From: Hyphochytrium catenoides
Lineage: Eukaryota; Protista; Hyphochytriomycota
DNA length: 64,000 nt
NCBI GenBank assembly: GCA_900088475.1
Contig: FLMG01000600.1
Location: 1 to 64,000 of the forward strand
Direction of reading: 5' to 3'
Shown here one piece after another: positions 24,630 through 38,500 of the stretch. The number at the start of each line of letters is the position of its first letter. Position 1 is the first letter of the stretch. The translations under genes and the position numbers were made by a program. Below the pieces are notes generated by a model. It saw only the letters and a list, made by a program, of their open reading frames with translations. It was not told the DNA's origin and searched no databases.

Positions 24630-26647
24630 ATGGAGCCAGATCACTCCTTAGAGTTCTACAAAGCGTAAGTGAGATATATGTCTTTTTACCGGTTCCTTTT
24701 GATAAAACACTAAGCGCGTCTTTCCACCTTCTAGGGAGAATGAACGCCTCCGCCTCGAAGGACAGGCCTTGCATGAAGCTTATGAAAGAAAAGTGCTACG
24801 CTTGCAGGCGACCAAAACTCACATGAACGAACTGATGGAAAGTAATAAGGCAGCTGAGGAGGAAATAAATCAGCTAAAACGAGAGGTGGAGGGGTTGAAG
24901 GAGGTAGGCCCGGACATCTCTTTTAGGTTCCAAAGTAACTGAGGCTGATCAGCTCTTAACAGGAAAGACAACGAGGCAATGGCAAGATGGTAATATCATG
25001 GATATCCAGTCACCTCGCCCTACGACTAATTGTTCCTTTTGCAGATAACGGAAGAAAAAATGAATTATTCTCCTGAACCATCGAGGTGAGAAACATGTTC
25101 CCATTCGCTACAGCCTTGATACTGACACTATCTTAAATCAACTTGTAGCAGTGGCAGCAGCAATGTGTTGGTAATACCTTATCGCGGACTTTCCATGAGG
25201 GGGCGTCTGACCAAGTTCTCCGTCTAGACTTCCGTCCTTGAGCGGCATCAGCTACTGGTGGCAGAGAATGAGGCCAAAGCTGAAGTGCTCGGCTCTATGC
25301 CACACCTCTTGAACGAGATCAGCAAGGTGAAGCAAAGCCTGAAGGAGAAGATCTTGGTCCTGCACAACGGTGCTCAGTTGATGCTGGAAACCTCTGAATT
25401 GCTCGACAGAGAAGCCAGTAATGCACACTCTCAGGCCGTTCAACAACCCTGTGCTGTGTGCAGCGCTAAGGTTAGCTTCATCACGGACTTTCTAGCAAGT
25501 AACGTTGAGGGATTCTAACCGTGTGAGCTTTTCCCGAATGCAACTGTGTTAGGGCCTCGAGTCTGCTTCAGAGCCTTGTGATTCAAATGGGACCGATGGT
25601 CCTGGTTTTACACAGGTGCATAATTCGCTTCTTAAGCCCTGCTCACCTCCCTATCTGTCTAAGGCCAGATCTGCAGTCAGATTTGCTAGCGGAGATAGAC
25701 CATTTGAAGGCCCTTGTGGAGAGGCAGGCAAAAGATCTGAAGGAGCTCACGGAGTTCGCCAAGCTGGAGCTGGATGCGACAAAGGAGTACAACCAGGAAC
25801 TAGAGGTCAGATATACTTCGGAGTCAATAGCCGACAAAAGCCACGGCCCTGACCATTCTCTAGCTATCGCTGGTAGAGGCGAAGCAGAAGCTCACTGATT
25901 CTCAGTCAGAAGTCACAAAGCTCAAGGAGTCCGTAGCTCTTTTAGATATTCAGTGGAATGAACTTAAGGCTGTACACGGTCAAGCCGAAGCCACTTGGCG
26001 GGAGCAGAAGGTGCGTCTGAGCCATGAGCTAGACGAAACCAGAAGGGAGGTTGTGTTCTACAAGGTAAGAGGGTACTCGCTCTTATGCTTACGTAAGATA
26101 TTAATCCCAAGTCAGGAGGATGCCGCGACAAAAGAGACTATCATTCGATCTATGTTCGTGGAACAGGCAAGTTAATTGTCTCATTATGTCACGGGTTTGG
26201 AGTTCCTCTGTCTAATAGGAAATGGGCAGAGACATCTACGAGAGATTAGACAGATGATGGAGGAAGACCTTATGGAGCGCGAGCGCCGATGGTCTTCCCG
26301 AGAACTGCAGGACGCAGCACTTCAGGGGGATAATTTCGATGCTATCCGGCACCACTTCCGCACAGTGGTTGCTAAGACAATGCGGTTTCGTAATTTCCCT
26401 CGCGCTAGCACCACAGTAACGCACCAGGTATTTGATCTGATTCCCCCTCTAACCATCGCTGATCACGGTGCAATACAAACTCATATACTGCCTTGATTAG
26501 GAGGAGCTCCCCCTACTCAATGCCCCGCTCTCGCAGACCGAGATGGAAAAAAACGGACGCCTTGAGTTGGTGGAAACACAATGCCTCCAGCTCAGACAAT
26601 TCATCCTCCGAAAAGCAATGGAAGGAGGTGTGCGCCTTTCATCCTGA
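24630..26647 (+). CDS. Uncharacterised coiled-coil protein; multi-exon
   Basis: A series of short exons with GT-AG boundaries encode E/K/L/Q-rich helical segments (ENERLRLEGQALHEAYERK, LLAEIDHLKALVERQAKDLKEL, EELPLLNAP...RKAMEGGVRLSS*). No family recognised. Confidence 0.6.
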
Positions 26648-28396
26648 AGACTCTGATGACCGGTTTAGCCGCTGATCTGCTTCCAAGAGTTCCTTCTCTT
26701 CCTCTGTCAGAAGATCGTGAAGTATCTTAAGCCCTCTGTAATTTACTGTGCTTGACATCACGCTTTCGGCCAGTGCCGCAAGCGCTCTGACCTAGGGAAG
26801 TGGTCAATTCAAGTATTTGGAACGTCTCCCTTGCAATTTACCTTTGCTTTTTCCTTCTTTGTTTCGAGAGCCGTTCGTTCTAGAAGAGACATCTGGGACG
26901 CTGCATGTGCTGCATACTTCGATCTGTTTGCCTCAATGGTGGACAGCCAATTATCTCTCTCTTGTTTGTATCTCCGCCTTCTCTAAGGATGCAAGGGCTT
27001 CATTAGGATCTAATTTTATGCAGTGAATGCGAAAGGGTACCTCTTCTATTGACAGTGCAGAGGGAAGTCTTGCGGGGTGCGATGCAAGGACTTTCTTCAT
27101 GAACTCATTTGCTCTACGCAGTCTTTCAAGTCTCTCTTCTTCTTTCCTTTTCTCTTCCAGAGCTTTCTGCTGGACAAGTTCCGTTCTATCTTCAACTGCC
27201 TTCTTCCGCAGTTTTGATGATCTGGTGGATTTGAAAGTGGGAATGCAAGAAGAATTCCGAAGATGGATTGCTGATTCATCTTCGATTCTCTCACTGGGCT
27301 CGACCTTCTTGTCAGCTCTTTTATTGTTCGCGGCCACTTCCCCAACCGTGCGGGGAGTGGCTTTTTGTGGTCGGAGGTTGGAATACAACTTAAACTCGGC
27401 CACTTCTGTCACGGTTCTCGCCTGGCGCGCAGCGTTGAGCTTGTCCTCAAACTTCTTTTGTTGGTCCCTCATAAACTCCTCATATCTCCCAATCTCAACG
27501 GCCTGCCTCTTTGATGGGGCAGACTTTGGCCGTATAGGGCTCTCCCCTTTACCTCGCGCCTGAGCTGCAGAATCAGAGGAGTGAGAAGAGGAGCTCTTCT
27601 GCTTGTTGTTAGTATCGCTCCCAGCTTTTGCCATTCTGGGGAACAAGCGCGACTCCGCAAGTAGTTTAGCGCTGCGAGCCGCTATGCGCTCCTGCCTCTT
27701 CTTCGCGTTCACCTCTTCTTCTCGTGCCCTGCTCTGGCGTGTAGTTTGTGGGACATCTCTGGCGTGAGGCTTCTTGGCTAGAATAGCTCTTTCTCTCTCT
27801 TCCACTACTTTGTCAATATCCTTCTTCCTTTCTTCGGCGGTCTGCTCCTCATGTTTAAGAAACTCTTGGGAGGGTCCACGACCGTTATATATGGCTCTTT
27901 TACGACGAAGCTCGCCTTTTATCGCCTCAAGCTCCACTTGACGCTGCTTTTTTTCTCTATCAATGGACAAACACCAGGATCACTTAAGGGATTCCTCTCT
28001 ATGGCGTGTGGTTAAAGTGTCAGACTTTACTTACTCTTCAGCCCATTTGCGTCGTTGCATATCCTTAGCTAGCTCGAACAGTTCTTGGGAACGCGGGATC
28101 GGCAAAACGCGAGCGCGGCGATCAGGATCCGTCTCCTCACCGTCTGAGCTGTGCAATGATTCTTTTTCCGAATCACCTTCCTCACGTTTGTGTTGTTCTC
28201 TCTCGTCCTCCTCCTCCTCGCTGTTGCGTTCTCTCTCAAGGCTGCCTCTTCTCCGTCGTCTACGGCCAATGTCAGGGGATGCTGTCTTCCCTTCCTCGTC
28301 ATGCTTCGTTCGCAATTCATCAACGACGGCCAGGAGCTCTTCTACCTTGCTCTCAAGATATGACACATACTGCTTTGATGGCGCTGATTTACCCAT
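26639..28396 (-). CDS. FAM161-like (UPF0564-type) basic coiled-coil ciliary/basal-body protein; multi-exon, 5' end uncertain
   Basis: Highly charged K/R/E ORFs 28031-28396 and 27040-27970 with TVTEVAEFKL and a spliced QMSLLERT exon. The last exon ends DLLTEEEKELLEADQRLNRSSESSG* at 26639. The family call rests on pattern resemblance only. Confidence 0.5.
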
Positions 28397-29028
28397 TGGA
28401 CTCTATGAAGCCAAAAAGGAATATCCTCCAGCAACTACGTACTCCTCTCCCTTTCTCTTCTGAAGCTTCTAAGGAAGAGCTTCAAGCTGACCATGCGAAG
28501 CTTTCTTCCCATGTCGGTCAGCAGACAGCCCCACCAAACTTGCTGCAGACATTGCGAACTCAGAGAGCCGACTGGAGGTAGTGTTCCGTATCACTGGACT
28601 GGGAGACTTCCAAGCTGTGGCTTCTCCTGCGGTGATGGGTTCTGATCATTCTGTAAGTGGAGGTCACTGTGTCAGGAGGTAGGGCTTTGGTGAGCGTTAG
28701 CGGCTCTTCGTAACCGCTTCATCATTGCTGACCCAACCTGACCGTTAACGCTATTCTTGTCCTTTGGGAGAAAGGGTTCGATCTTCGAGAGGTCGCTTCG
28801 GCGATCGATGAAGTTACAGGAACATAGATTCTATGCCAAATGGTGGAGACAAGAACCCAAAAAGCAAAGACCCAAGGGCCGATGACTTGGAGGAGCTGGA
28901 GGCTTACCTTCTACCCCAGGAAGTGCCAAGAACCCCGGCAGCCATACGCTAATACTCTATCTGGGTGCCCCGAAAAGGCGATCAACAATTAAGGCAAAGG
29001 CGGCCGATTGCCCGCGAACCTGGGCAAA

Positions 29029-32000
29029 ATGACCTCCGACCCCACTAGCGACACTACGTCTGCGATGGAGAAAGTGCCACTTCCTCCTGGTGTGGGGGCG
29101 ATGTTTATTAGCCAAAAAAATCTGGAGAAGTACGGGCTGCTCGAGGAGGATGGCAAGAGTGTCAAGCCCTTTAAACTCTTTCCGAAGAGCGAGATTATGG
29201 AAGAAATCCAGAAGATTGGCTTTTATTCTGATTTCTTTAACTTCAGAGATAGTCTCAAGGTCAGTGAGGTTGGTACTTAGAATGCCAAGATCCTCCTTCT
29301 GACGAACTCCGAGCAGACATATGATAGACCTGAGATCCTTGTTGCTAGTGATCCCGAGTCTGTTTATGGGGAGAACTTCATTTTGGCACTGACTGGTGAG
29401 GCCTACGAGAATGAGACAAAGGTACAGAACAATAGTGTGAAGAGTTTCGAATTGTCTTCGACCACCCGTTAGCTAATGCTGTTCTGTATAGAAATTGGAG
29501 ATGAAAGCTAGGGAGAAGCAATTTGCGTTAGAGAAAAAAGCCGCTGAGGATAGACGACGAGAAGAGGAAGAACGAGCCATACTGACCGCCGTTTACGAAG
29601 ACCGTCCAATTGTGGCAGGATCGTATCACTCTTTAACCCTGCACATCTCTGCCACCGAAGTTCAAGATCTCACTGTGAAGAACGAGAGGCCCCTGGTGAA
29701 TCTCTATATGGACTACTCGCTTGATCTTCTCTTGACACATTACATGCGCCTCCAAGTAACCACCCTTCCATTCAACTTTCCATCTCGCATAGATACGAAT
29801 AAACATCTCAAAGGCTGCTCACCGTCGAAATGGTCCATACAAGTTCTCCGACAAGGAAGCAGCGGACACGGCAGGTAAGCAGTCACGAGGTGTGAAAACC
29901 TGGTAATTCACAAAGGTTAATCAACTTGCTAGGATTATGCGAATGTCGCCCACACAAGGATCCAAATTTTGACCTATCGCGGGTGGTTTTGGACGCAGGG
30001 TTTCAAGCGAACGCCCTTAGTGTCAGCACTGAGACACAAACAAGCTGGTTTCGAAGTATAAATAACTCGTCGCAGGTACCGCTTTCAGAGGTGATTCTGT
30101 GGACGATGTAGCCGTTCTAAATGTCGTACTTCTTGTCCCGCATGCTACCTATAGTACACTGAGCTGGACTACGAAGCAAAGGAGAGAGAGCATTTGTTAG
30201 AGTCTCACGCCCTTGTGACCTTTTTGCGCCGAGTTCAGCCTAAGATGGAAGAAGCATTGCAACAGAATGAAACCCTTGACCCGTTTGTCGATGAGTTCTC
30301 ATGGCTGGCAGAAGATGAGATTCCACTTGGAAACAAGAGCGAGAATATTGTGAAAGAACTCCGAACGTTCACAGATCTTGTGTATAGCAAAAATAAGAGC
30401 TTATCCTTCATCGATTGGCATCCGGTCAAGAAGGGTGTCTTGGCTGTCTCAGCAACTTCAAGCGGGACTTTGGAGCAACGGATTGAACAATCGGGGAAGG
30501 TAAGAACGCAAGTAGTACCCCGGTCTTCAAATTCTTCCCACCGCTAATCAGACGTCTTGTCAATCTTTGTCAACTCCTGTTCGCCTTTGCTTAACTCATA
30601 GGCTGAGATGTCCTACGTTTTGGTTTGGAACTTTAGAGACCTGATCCATCCGCAGTTCGTGCTGGAGTCCCCTGGGGACGTGTATTGCGTCCAGTACAAC
30701 CCTACTATGCCGCACCTTATTGCTGGTGGTAGCTCCACGGGTCAGGTAGTGTTATGGGACTTGTCTACAATGGAACAGAGCGCAACGGCTAAGCAAGCGA
30801 GTGGAGGTGCTTCAAGCCTTCCCGAAGAGAATGAGGAGGAAAAGACTCCGCCTCCGGTAAGAAGAAAAATAGCCACCTCTACAGGGACTAGTATCAGTTC
30901 GATAATCTTTGGTAGCGTAGATATCTCCAGCAAGCGTCTCTTTCGTGGAGGGCAGCCACAGACGCCCGGTGGCGGATATTGCTTGGCTCCCAGCGGGAGT
31001 GGAGGTGAATAGCAACGGAAACATTCAGAAGTCAGAGGATGGTAGGGCCAGTCAATTCATAACTGTTGCCGGTGACGGTCAAGTTTGCATTTGGGACGTT
31101 CGATACAGAGAGCAATGCATCAAGAACCCTAGAATGTACAATAGGAAGGTGAGTCAGACTATATGTTAGTTGTGCCTCAATTATTTCTAAGGCCCGCTCG
31201 ATTAATGTTGTGCAATCTCTTTCATTTGCAATGGTCCCAGCCCAACAAGGATGGTACACTCTCGGAGATTGTATGGATTCCGATCTTTCGGACGGTGTTG
31301 ACAAAGATTGAAGGAGTTGGTGAATTTCTGCTCTCGGCGGTGGCTCTTTCCAGTCCTAGTCGAGACGAGGCGTTGAGCTTTAGCAGTCAGTTTTTTTGCG
31401 GTACAGAGGAAGGAGAGCTTGTCTACGCCGATTGGAAGGCGCAGCATTCTATTCCCTCTAATAAGAAGAGTTTAACGGGTGAAGAAAATGGCTCAATTGA
31501 GAAGGTCCCCAGTGCTGACAAGACCGGTAACCCGGGGGACTCTTCGGGCCAGGACCATGTGCTCTGGTGTAGTCAGGATCATTTCCGCCCTTGCTTGGGG
31601 TTGCGCCGTTCACCTTTTCATGTACAGCTTATTGTCAGCGTGGGAGATTGGTCATTCAATTTGTGGAAAGAGGGTCTGCAGTTGCCTATATTTAGCTCTC
31701 CGATATCTTCAACCTATCTAAGTTGCGCGGCATGGTCACCTACTAGGCCTTCGGTTCTTATGGTCGGTCGGATCGATGGCAACCTGGACGTCTGGGATCT
31801 GGCTGACCAGTCTCACAAGCCTGCCCTAGTCGTGAACGTAGCTCCGTATCCGATCACTTCGCTGCAATTCTGGTGGCATCCGACGTCAGGAGCCAAACAA
31901 CAGCTATTAGCGGTAGGAGATGCCAATGGTAACCTCCATATTCTGGACCTTCCAAGAAATCTCTGGCGCCCAATTCCCAACGAGCAGGATTTTATGGAAG

Positions 32001-32239
32001 CTTTTATCGCACGCGAAGTGGGTCGGGTAGAATATTTGAAGAGCCGTCAATCGGGAAAGACCGACCACGCGCCTCCCTTGGCTATAGACAACAGAGAGCA
32101 AGTGGGTGGTCAAGAAAATAGTGGCACCACTCAGGAAGCTCTTCGTTTCAAGACTGATGAAGCATTAGAGGCTGAGTACCAAGAGTTGGAAGCACAGTTC
32201 CGACAGCAGTTCTCGGGAACGAATAAACAACAGCTATGA
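29029..32239 (+). CDS. WDR63: Axonemal inner-arm dynein I1/f intermediate chain, WDR63/DNAI3 (IC140) type, WD40; multi-exon
   Basis: MEEALQQNETLDPFVDEF, KELRTFTDLVYSKNKSLSFIDWHP, LESPGDVYCVQYNP..HLIAGG..GQVVLWDL, SHRRPVADIAWLP, FFCGTEEGELVYADW, SVGDWSFNLW, WSPTRPSVL..GRIDGNLDVWDL and LLAVGDANGNLHILDLP. Confidence 0.88.
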
Positions 32240-32502
32240 CGGCCCTATAGGAAGAGGTGCATTGCAGCTGGAACTTTTTATCATTTATTTGGAAGCATCT
32301 TCTTTGGGTCTTTAGGACAACAGCAAGGCTTGTAACTAAACAACTAGATTAGAACCATTTAAGATAACGACACTCGTACTATTTGGCAAAAACTCTACTC
32401 TACGTGCTTCATGTTGCTACCTATCTACTACGAGTATTTGATTGGCATAAATGTGGTTTGTTGATGCTACAACGTGCTACTCTATTTTACGTCAATGATA
32501 TC

Positions 32503-35500
32503 CTAGGATTGTAAGGCAGCCACCCGCCACTTACTATTGATGCAAATGGCAAGTTGCGATGTGGTGAAACGAAGCTCACCCTCCTCGATACAGGAGTCTC
32601 CTGCGGTAACAGCGAGATTTACCGGGAAGACAGCGCCAACAACGTTCACAGAACCTTGAAGCCTTACTGAGCCTTCAAAGATTGCTGCACCGTCTACCCC
32701 CAAAGTTGTCGTTTCGATTGTGACCGAGGTCGTTGCAGAGAGACTTATGGTGGAAGATTCCAGTGCGACCCTGTTGCTGTCTAAGCTCATCACTTCCGAG
32801 GCGGATGTTCCCGAGTAACCCAGAATAGATCCAGTGCTCCCACCATCTCCGCTGCGTAGAATCACATTTCCTCCACTCGCGGTGCCCTCACCTGCCACGA
32901 TGTTGACTGAGCCACCAGCAGACGAGTCTGAGGCTCCACCGATAATCTCTATGGATCCGCCAGGAGACGAGCCGGATGTACCCACAGAGAGCGTAATCTT
33001 ACCAGCTGTGCCGGTTGCTGGCGAGGTAGCAAGGAAAAGGTTTCCACTTACGGTTGACAGCCTGCCAGTTGAAAGAGAAATGCTTCCGTCGGTTCCCGAC
33101 AGAGCCATTTTCGCCGCTAGCTCCGTGGGGGTCGCGCCAGACGTTATCGTTACACTGCCATGGGTTGTGCTACCAAGCCCAGCGGTGATGGCAATTGCTC
33201 CGCCCAGAGTCCCTCCTGCTCCTCCTGATAACATCACATCACCACCTTCTGATGATGCAGAACTGCCACCTACGAGTGTAATCTTTCCGGCCATGGATGA
33301 CGCTTCGCCAGCGGCAATGGTCACGTTGCCTGAGGCCGAACCAGAACCGGTCGTCAGAGACATGGATCCACTAGTTGCTGCTGCAGAACCTGTTGAGAAC
33401 GTAATGGAACCCCCTGACGATGCAGAGTCGGGCGTGGAGATCATTACGGCCCCAGCGGCTCCAGAATCGCTACTACCTGATATGAGGGTAAGCAATCCTC
33501 CAGTAAGTGTGGTCGCGGCTCCGGCTTGGATGCGGATTTCACCACCCCGGGCTCCATCGCCACCTTTTACAGTCAGGGCTCCGCCCTCAGAACCTAATGC
33601 GGAAGTGCTACCTGCCTCTAACTCTAGGCTGCTGCCCGCGCTCGTTCCGCTGAGACCTACACTTACGGAAATGGTGCCTGCCGAGGTTGACCCTGTTCCC
33701 GTTGTCAGGGTTATCTGGCCCGACGATGCGCCCGAACTACTACCTGTGTTCAGATTCACATTGCCGGAAGCACCATCGCTGTTTCCAGTCCTGACAGCAA
33801 CCTTTCCACTTGTGCCTGCTAAGTTGTTTGCTGACTTCACACTGACATCACCGCTGCCAGACCCTGATCCACCTTGGCCTGATATGAGGCCAAGCGAACC
33901 GCCACCCAGGATACCTGCTCCACCACTGACTTCTACTCCTCCGCCGAAGGCAGCGCTAGAACCACCAGCTGAGAGAGCTATTGCTCCCCCATTGGCTCCA
34001 GCGTTGCCAACACTAAGGAGAATGGAACCAGCACTTGTGCTTGAAGAACCAGTACGCAGACGAACAGACCCTGACGTGCCGGTCCCTGCGGAACTTCCGG
34101 TGGACAGCTCAATGGTTCCGCTCGTGCTATTGACTGCTGGTGGGGTTTGAATATTTACGGCTCCTGATTGGGCGCCGCTGCTGCCACCAGAACTCACCGT
34201 CACACTTCCTCCGTTGGCGCCAAACCCGTTTCCTGCAACTAAACTAAGAAGACCACCAGCTTGAGCCATACTGGTCCCAAAAGCACTTCCACCACTGATA
34301 AATACGGATCCTGGTGCTTCAAGGTTGTCGGAAGTCCTACCACCTGTGAGGAAAATGTTCCCTCCTCCTCCATTCGTGCCTGTGCCACCGCTCAATACGA
34401 TACTTCCCGCATCTCCTCCAACCGCATTACCGGTGGAAAGATGTATTGATCCAGTAGATCCACCAGTGGACGACCCAGAAGCCATTTTCAAGAACCCCGT
34501 TGAGATCGAAGTTGCCGTAGAGGTCAATATATTGCCGCTTTGAAGCCCTCCAGCCCCAGCCTCCAGAATCACGTTTCCTCCAGTCCCCACTGGGGCGGAC
34601 GCCGAGCTAAGTCTTATGTGTCCGGATTGCCCGGTTCCCGTGTGCGCACCTGCAAGAAGGCTGACGTCTCCTGAGATACTAGAAGCTGTTCCTGAGGAAA
34701 TGGTGACGGCACCTGACGCTGCACCAAGGGATCCAGAATGCACTGCAACAGTTCCAGTATTTCCTGAAGTTGCCGCGTCGCCAGACTGGAGTCTTACGCC
34801 TCCAGTGACGATTTGGCCGCCACCTCCTTCAATAAGTATACCTCCTCCATTGCCCACTGATGCTCCCGCACGCAGAGTTATAGATCCACTCATAGCGCCA
34901 GCACTGCTGCCGGCACTAATGGTAATATGTCCACTCACACCATCACTAGCGGCCCCACTTTCAAGATTCACAGCCCCTGAGCCCATTGATCCAACCCCAG
35001 ATTTAATGTTAACGCCGCCCGTGTTGTCGGATTGCCCAGAGGAGACTAGAACAGACCCGCTGTATCCGCCACCCAGCTGACTGATGCCTGATGTAAGCCT
35101 AAGAGTTCCCCCAGTAGCCTGCTGGCCTGTACCGGCAGTCAACGCAAGCTCTCCACCTTCGTCTCCTCCTCCTGCTTGCAACAGTAGCTCGCCGCCCGCA
35201 CTCAATGAGCTCGGACCAACACTTAAGGTTATTGAGCCAGCCGAAGAGGCGGCTCCCGACCCGATTACCAGTGAGCCTGAAGTACCATCTTGCACCGCAG
35301 GACTACCAATAACTATAGCACCACTGACCGTACTGCCAAAGCCGCTGGATAGTAGCAAGGAGCCACCAGTGGCGGCTGTTCCAGCTGGCAGGGTGATAGA
35401 TCCTCCTGCAGCACCCGCGCTAAGTTCCAGTTCACCGCTTGTGAGCCCATCACCTGCCTCCAGGTGAATGCTCCCAGCTACACCGGCAGCAGCATCGCCA

Positions 35501-38500
35501 GTCCTAAGAGATATAGAACCCGTATTTCCCGCAATAGAAGATCCTGAAGAGAGCACCATAGATCCACTGTTCCCAGCAGGGCCCGTGTCCGCCGTGGAGA
35601 TAATAGTTGCTCCGCTTCCGGCTGAGCCGGCACCGCTCTGAAGGTTGACGTGACCTCCTAGACCTGGAGATCCTAGTCCGCCATTGATTGTCACTCTGCC
35701 TCCCTCGTATCCGACACCAGCCTCAAAGGACAGGGGGCCGCCGTACGACGAAACAGGCGCTGGAGCTCCTGTGCCATCTTGCAGAGAGTTACCACCAAAG
35801 ATGCTCACGCCAGCACCGTCGCCGGTGGCACTATAGCCGGCACTCATCGTTATCTGACCTGCGCTTCCCTGTGTGTAGGCATCGCCAGTTGCGATAAGGA
35901 CGTTTCCGGTGTTGCCGACATTCGACTTCATCCTTGTCCTGATCGTTACGTGCCCAGTGCGCCCAGGTTCATCAGCCGAACCGCTTAGAAGATTGATATT
36001 ACCCCCATTGCTACCAGCGCCGCCATCAACTTTAACATCACCACCACTGCCACCACTGCTCATACCCCCGTATAATCGTAGCTCCCCACCGGTTGCGGAA
36101 CCAATTCCAGATGACAACATGATATACCCTCCCACTCCGCTCTGGGACAGTCCCGCAGAAATTTCCACATGGCCTCCATGGCTCCCATCACCTACCGATA
36201 GTTGAATAGTTCCAGCTTTGGCAGTTGCCGACTTTCCAGTTGCAAGTGACACGTCGCCGCTCGCTAGGTTGGGAGTGAAGCTTTGTCCCGTCAGCAGCTC
36301 GATAGACCCGCTCATGCCCCATGCTCCTCCATCAGCAGTGAGAAGGCTAATCATGCCGCTAGAGGTGGCACTTCCAGCTCCACTCAGAAGATGAACGGAG
36401 CCTCCTGTCGCTACATTGGATTGACCTCCTGCGATTTCTACTGATCCTCCACTCCCTCCAAAGAAGCTTGAGCTTGAGCCGCCCACAAGTGAGACCTCTC
36501 CGCCAACACCATTGAGCTCCCGACTTGCGTTGCCTGCAGCTAGAGATACGGACCCACTCAGGCTGTCCTTGCTACCACCAGCCTGCAGAAGAATGCTCCC
36601 GCCCTCACCCCACACCGAAGACCCAGAGGACACAATCACTGAGCCGGCATCAGAGGCAATAGAGTCACCAGTGCTTACAGTAAGCTCTCCACTAGTGCCA
36701 GATGAGCCACCTTCTGGGGTTCCAAGAGAGATGCTACCACTGCTGCCTGTCACACTTGATCCGCTCCTAATGGTTATCGTGCCTCCGCTGAAGCTGTCTT
36801 CCCCTGGACCTTTTGCAGCAGAGTCTCCAGCAGAAATAAGGATATGACCTCCACCGTAGCTACCCACTCCAGCATCCAATGTAATGTTACCAGTGGTTGA
36901 GTTGGACAATCCAGTTCCCAGTAGTATATTGCCAGACCCTCCCTTGACCCCTCCAATCCCGGTCTTTATCTCAATAAAACCAGATCCTCCCAGCGGAGCC
37001 CCGTTCGCGGTATTAATGGCAACATTCCCACTTTCACCACTATTAGCAGATCCACCACTTCCACTCGTTATCGAGATTGATCCCCCACTTGAGCCTTCAG
37101 ATGCGCTTCCTGCGACCAATCTCAAGTCCCCGCCAAAGGACCCAGAACCGGCATAAGCAAAGATTGATCCCCCTTTACCAGTGGCACCAATGTTGTTACT
37201 AGCGAGAAGCTCGATGGGGTTTGCCTCCATGGATGAGTGGCTGTCTCCCATACCGAGTGCTATCCCTCCAGCCCTGCCCTCATTGCTGGAGCCCGTATAT
37301 ACGGAGATGCCCCCCGTATCTCCCCTAAGGGATGCCCCACTTGATAGTGACACCAACCCACTATCTCCTGAGCTAGCAAAACCAGTTCCAAGCGACACAC
37401 TGCCGGAAACACTGCCAGTCCCACTTCTGAGCCCAAGCGTTCCTCCTTGGTCTTTAGCGGAGCCAGCTTCAAGCATGATCGATCCACCGGGGGAGGAGTC
37501 AGTGGACCCGATACCACTAGTCCCAGCGGTAATCGCAATAGAGCCTCCTTGACCATGGGCTCTGGTGCCTTGAGAAGACCCCGCCGCAATTGAAACAGAA
37601 CCACCCCGAGCCTGACCACTTAGCCCTGCGGACAAAACGATGTCTCCACCAGCTCTCTGAAGACTCCCACCGGCAGAAATGTTGAGAGCCCCTGCCGAAT
37701 GCCTTATCGTTGACCCGGTCGCAACCGTCAGAGAACCACTACTCTGGTCACTATTACCAGTGACCATAGCTAAATGTCCGCTATTTGTGCCCAACCCGCT
37801 TTTGTTTGCGGTTCCTGTTTGAACCAATATAGCTCCGGAACCACTATGCGGCTCAGCATTTGAAGCCAATCCCGAGACCAGGGTGATATCCCCCCCTTTT
37901 TCAGTGCTGTTGCCGCCGCGCAGCTGAAGGCTTCCACCTCGCCCAGAGTACGGGTCGGAGGCGGACCCTGCANNNNNNNNNNNNNNNNNNNNNNNNNNNN
38001 NNNNNNNNNNNNNNNNATAATTGAAATGGAACCAGAAACGCCTCCAGACTTAGAATGGCCCGTCGCAATGGCAATATTTCCACTATCTCCCATATCCGAA
38101 GGACCGGTAGATAGCATCATAGCTCCGGAGGTTTTACTGTTTTCGGTATCTTGTGTCGACATTAGAATTGATCCACCGCCAGCTGCTCGGAGTTGCACAT
38201 CACCACCCTGCCACATCTCAGAACCTGCTGAACTTATACGAACGGATCCACCACGATGCTTTCCACTACCGGAAGCTAAAGTGACGTCGCCACCAAGTCC
38301 TGTGGCAGAAGTGCCTGCAGACATCATGACATGACCTGCGACACCATCATAGGAATCGACTCCTCCCCCGGTACCAAACTCAGTACTCTTACCGGCTGTA
38401 AAGGCAATGTCACCAGCCTTCCCGCCGGCAGAGGCGTCCCCTGTGATGAGCGAGAGGTCACCGGTCCTTGATGCCCCATCAGAGAACTCTTTGTCCCTTC

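Noticed and set aside
27027-28581. Plus-strand Ser/Phe/Leu-rich ORFs
   Set aside because: They are antisense shadows of the K/E/R-rich FAM161-like gene.
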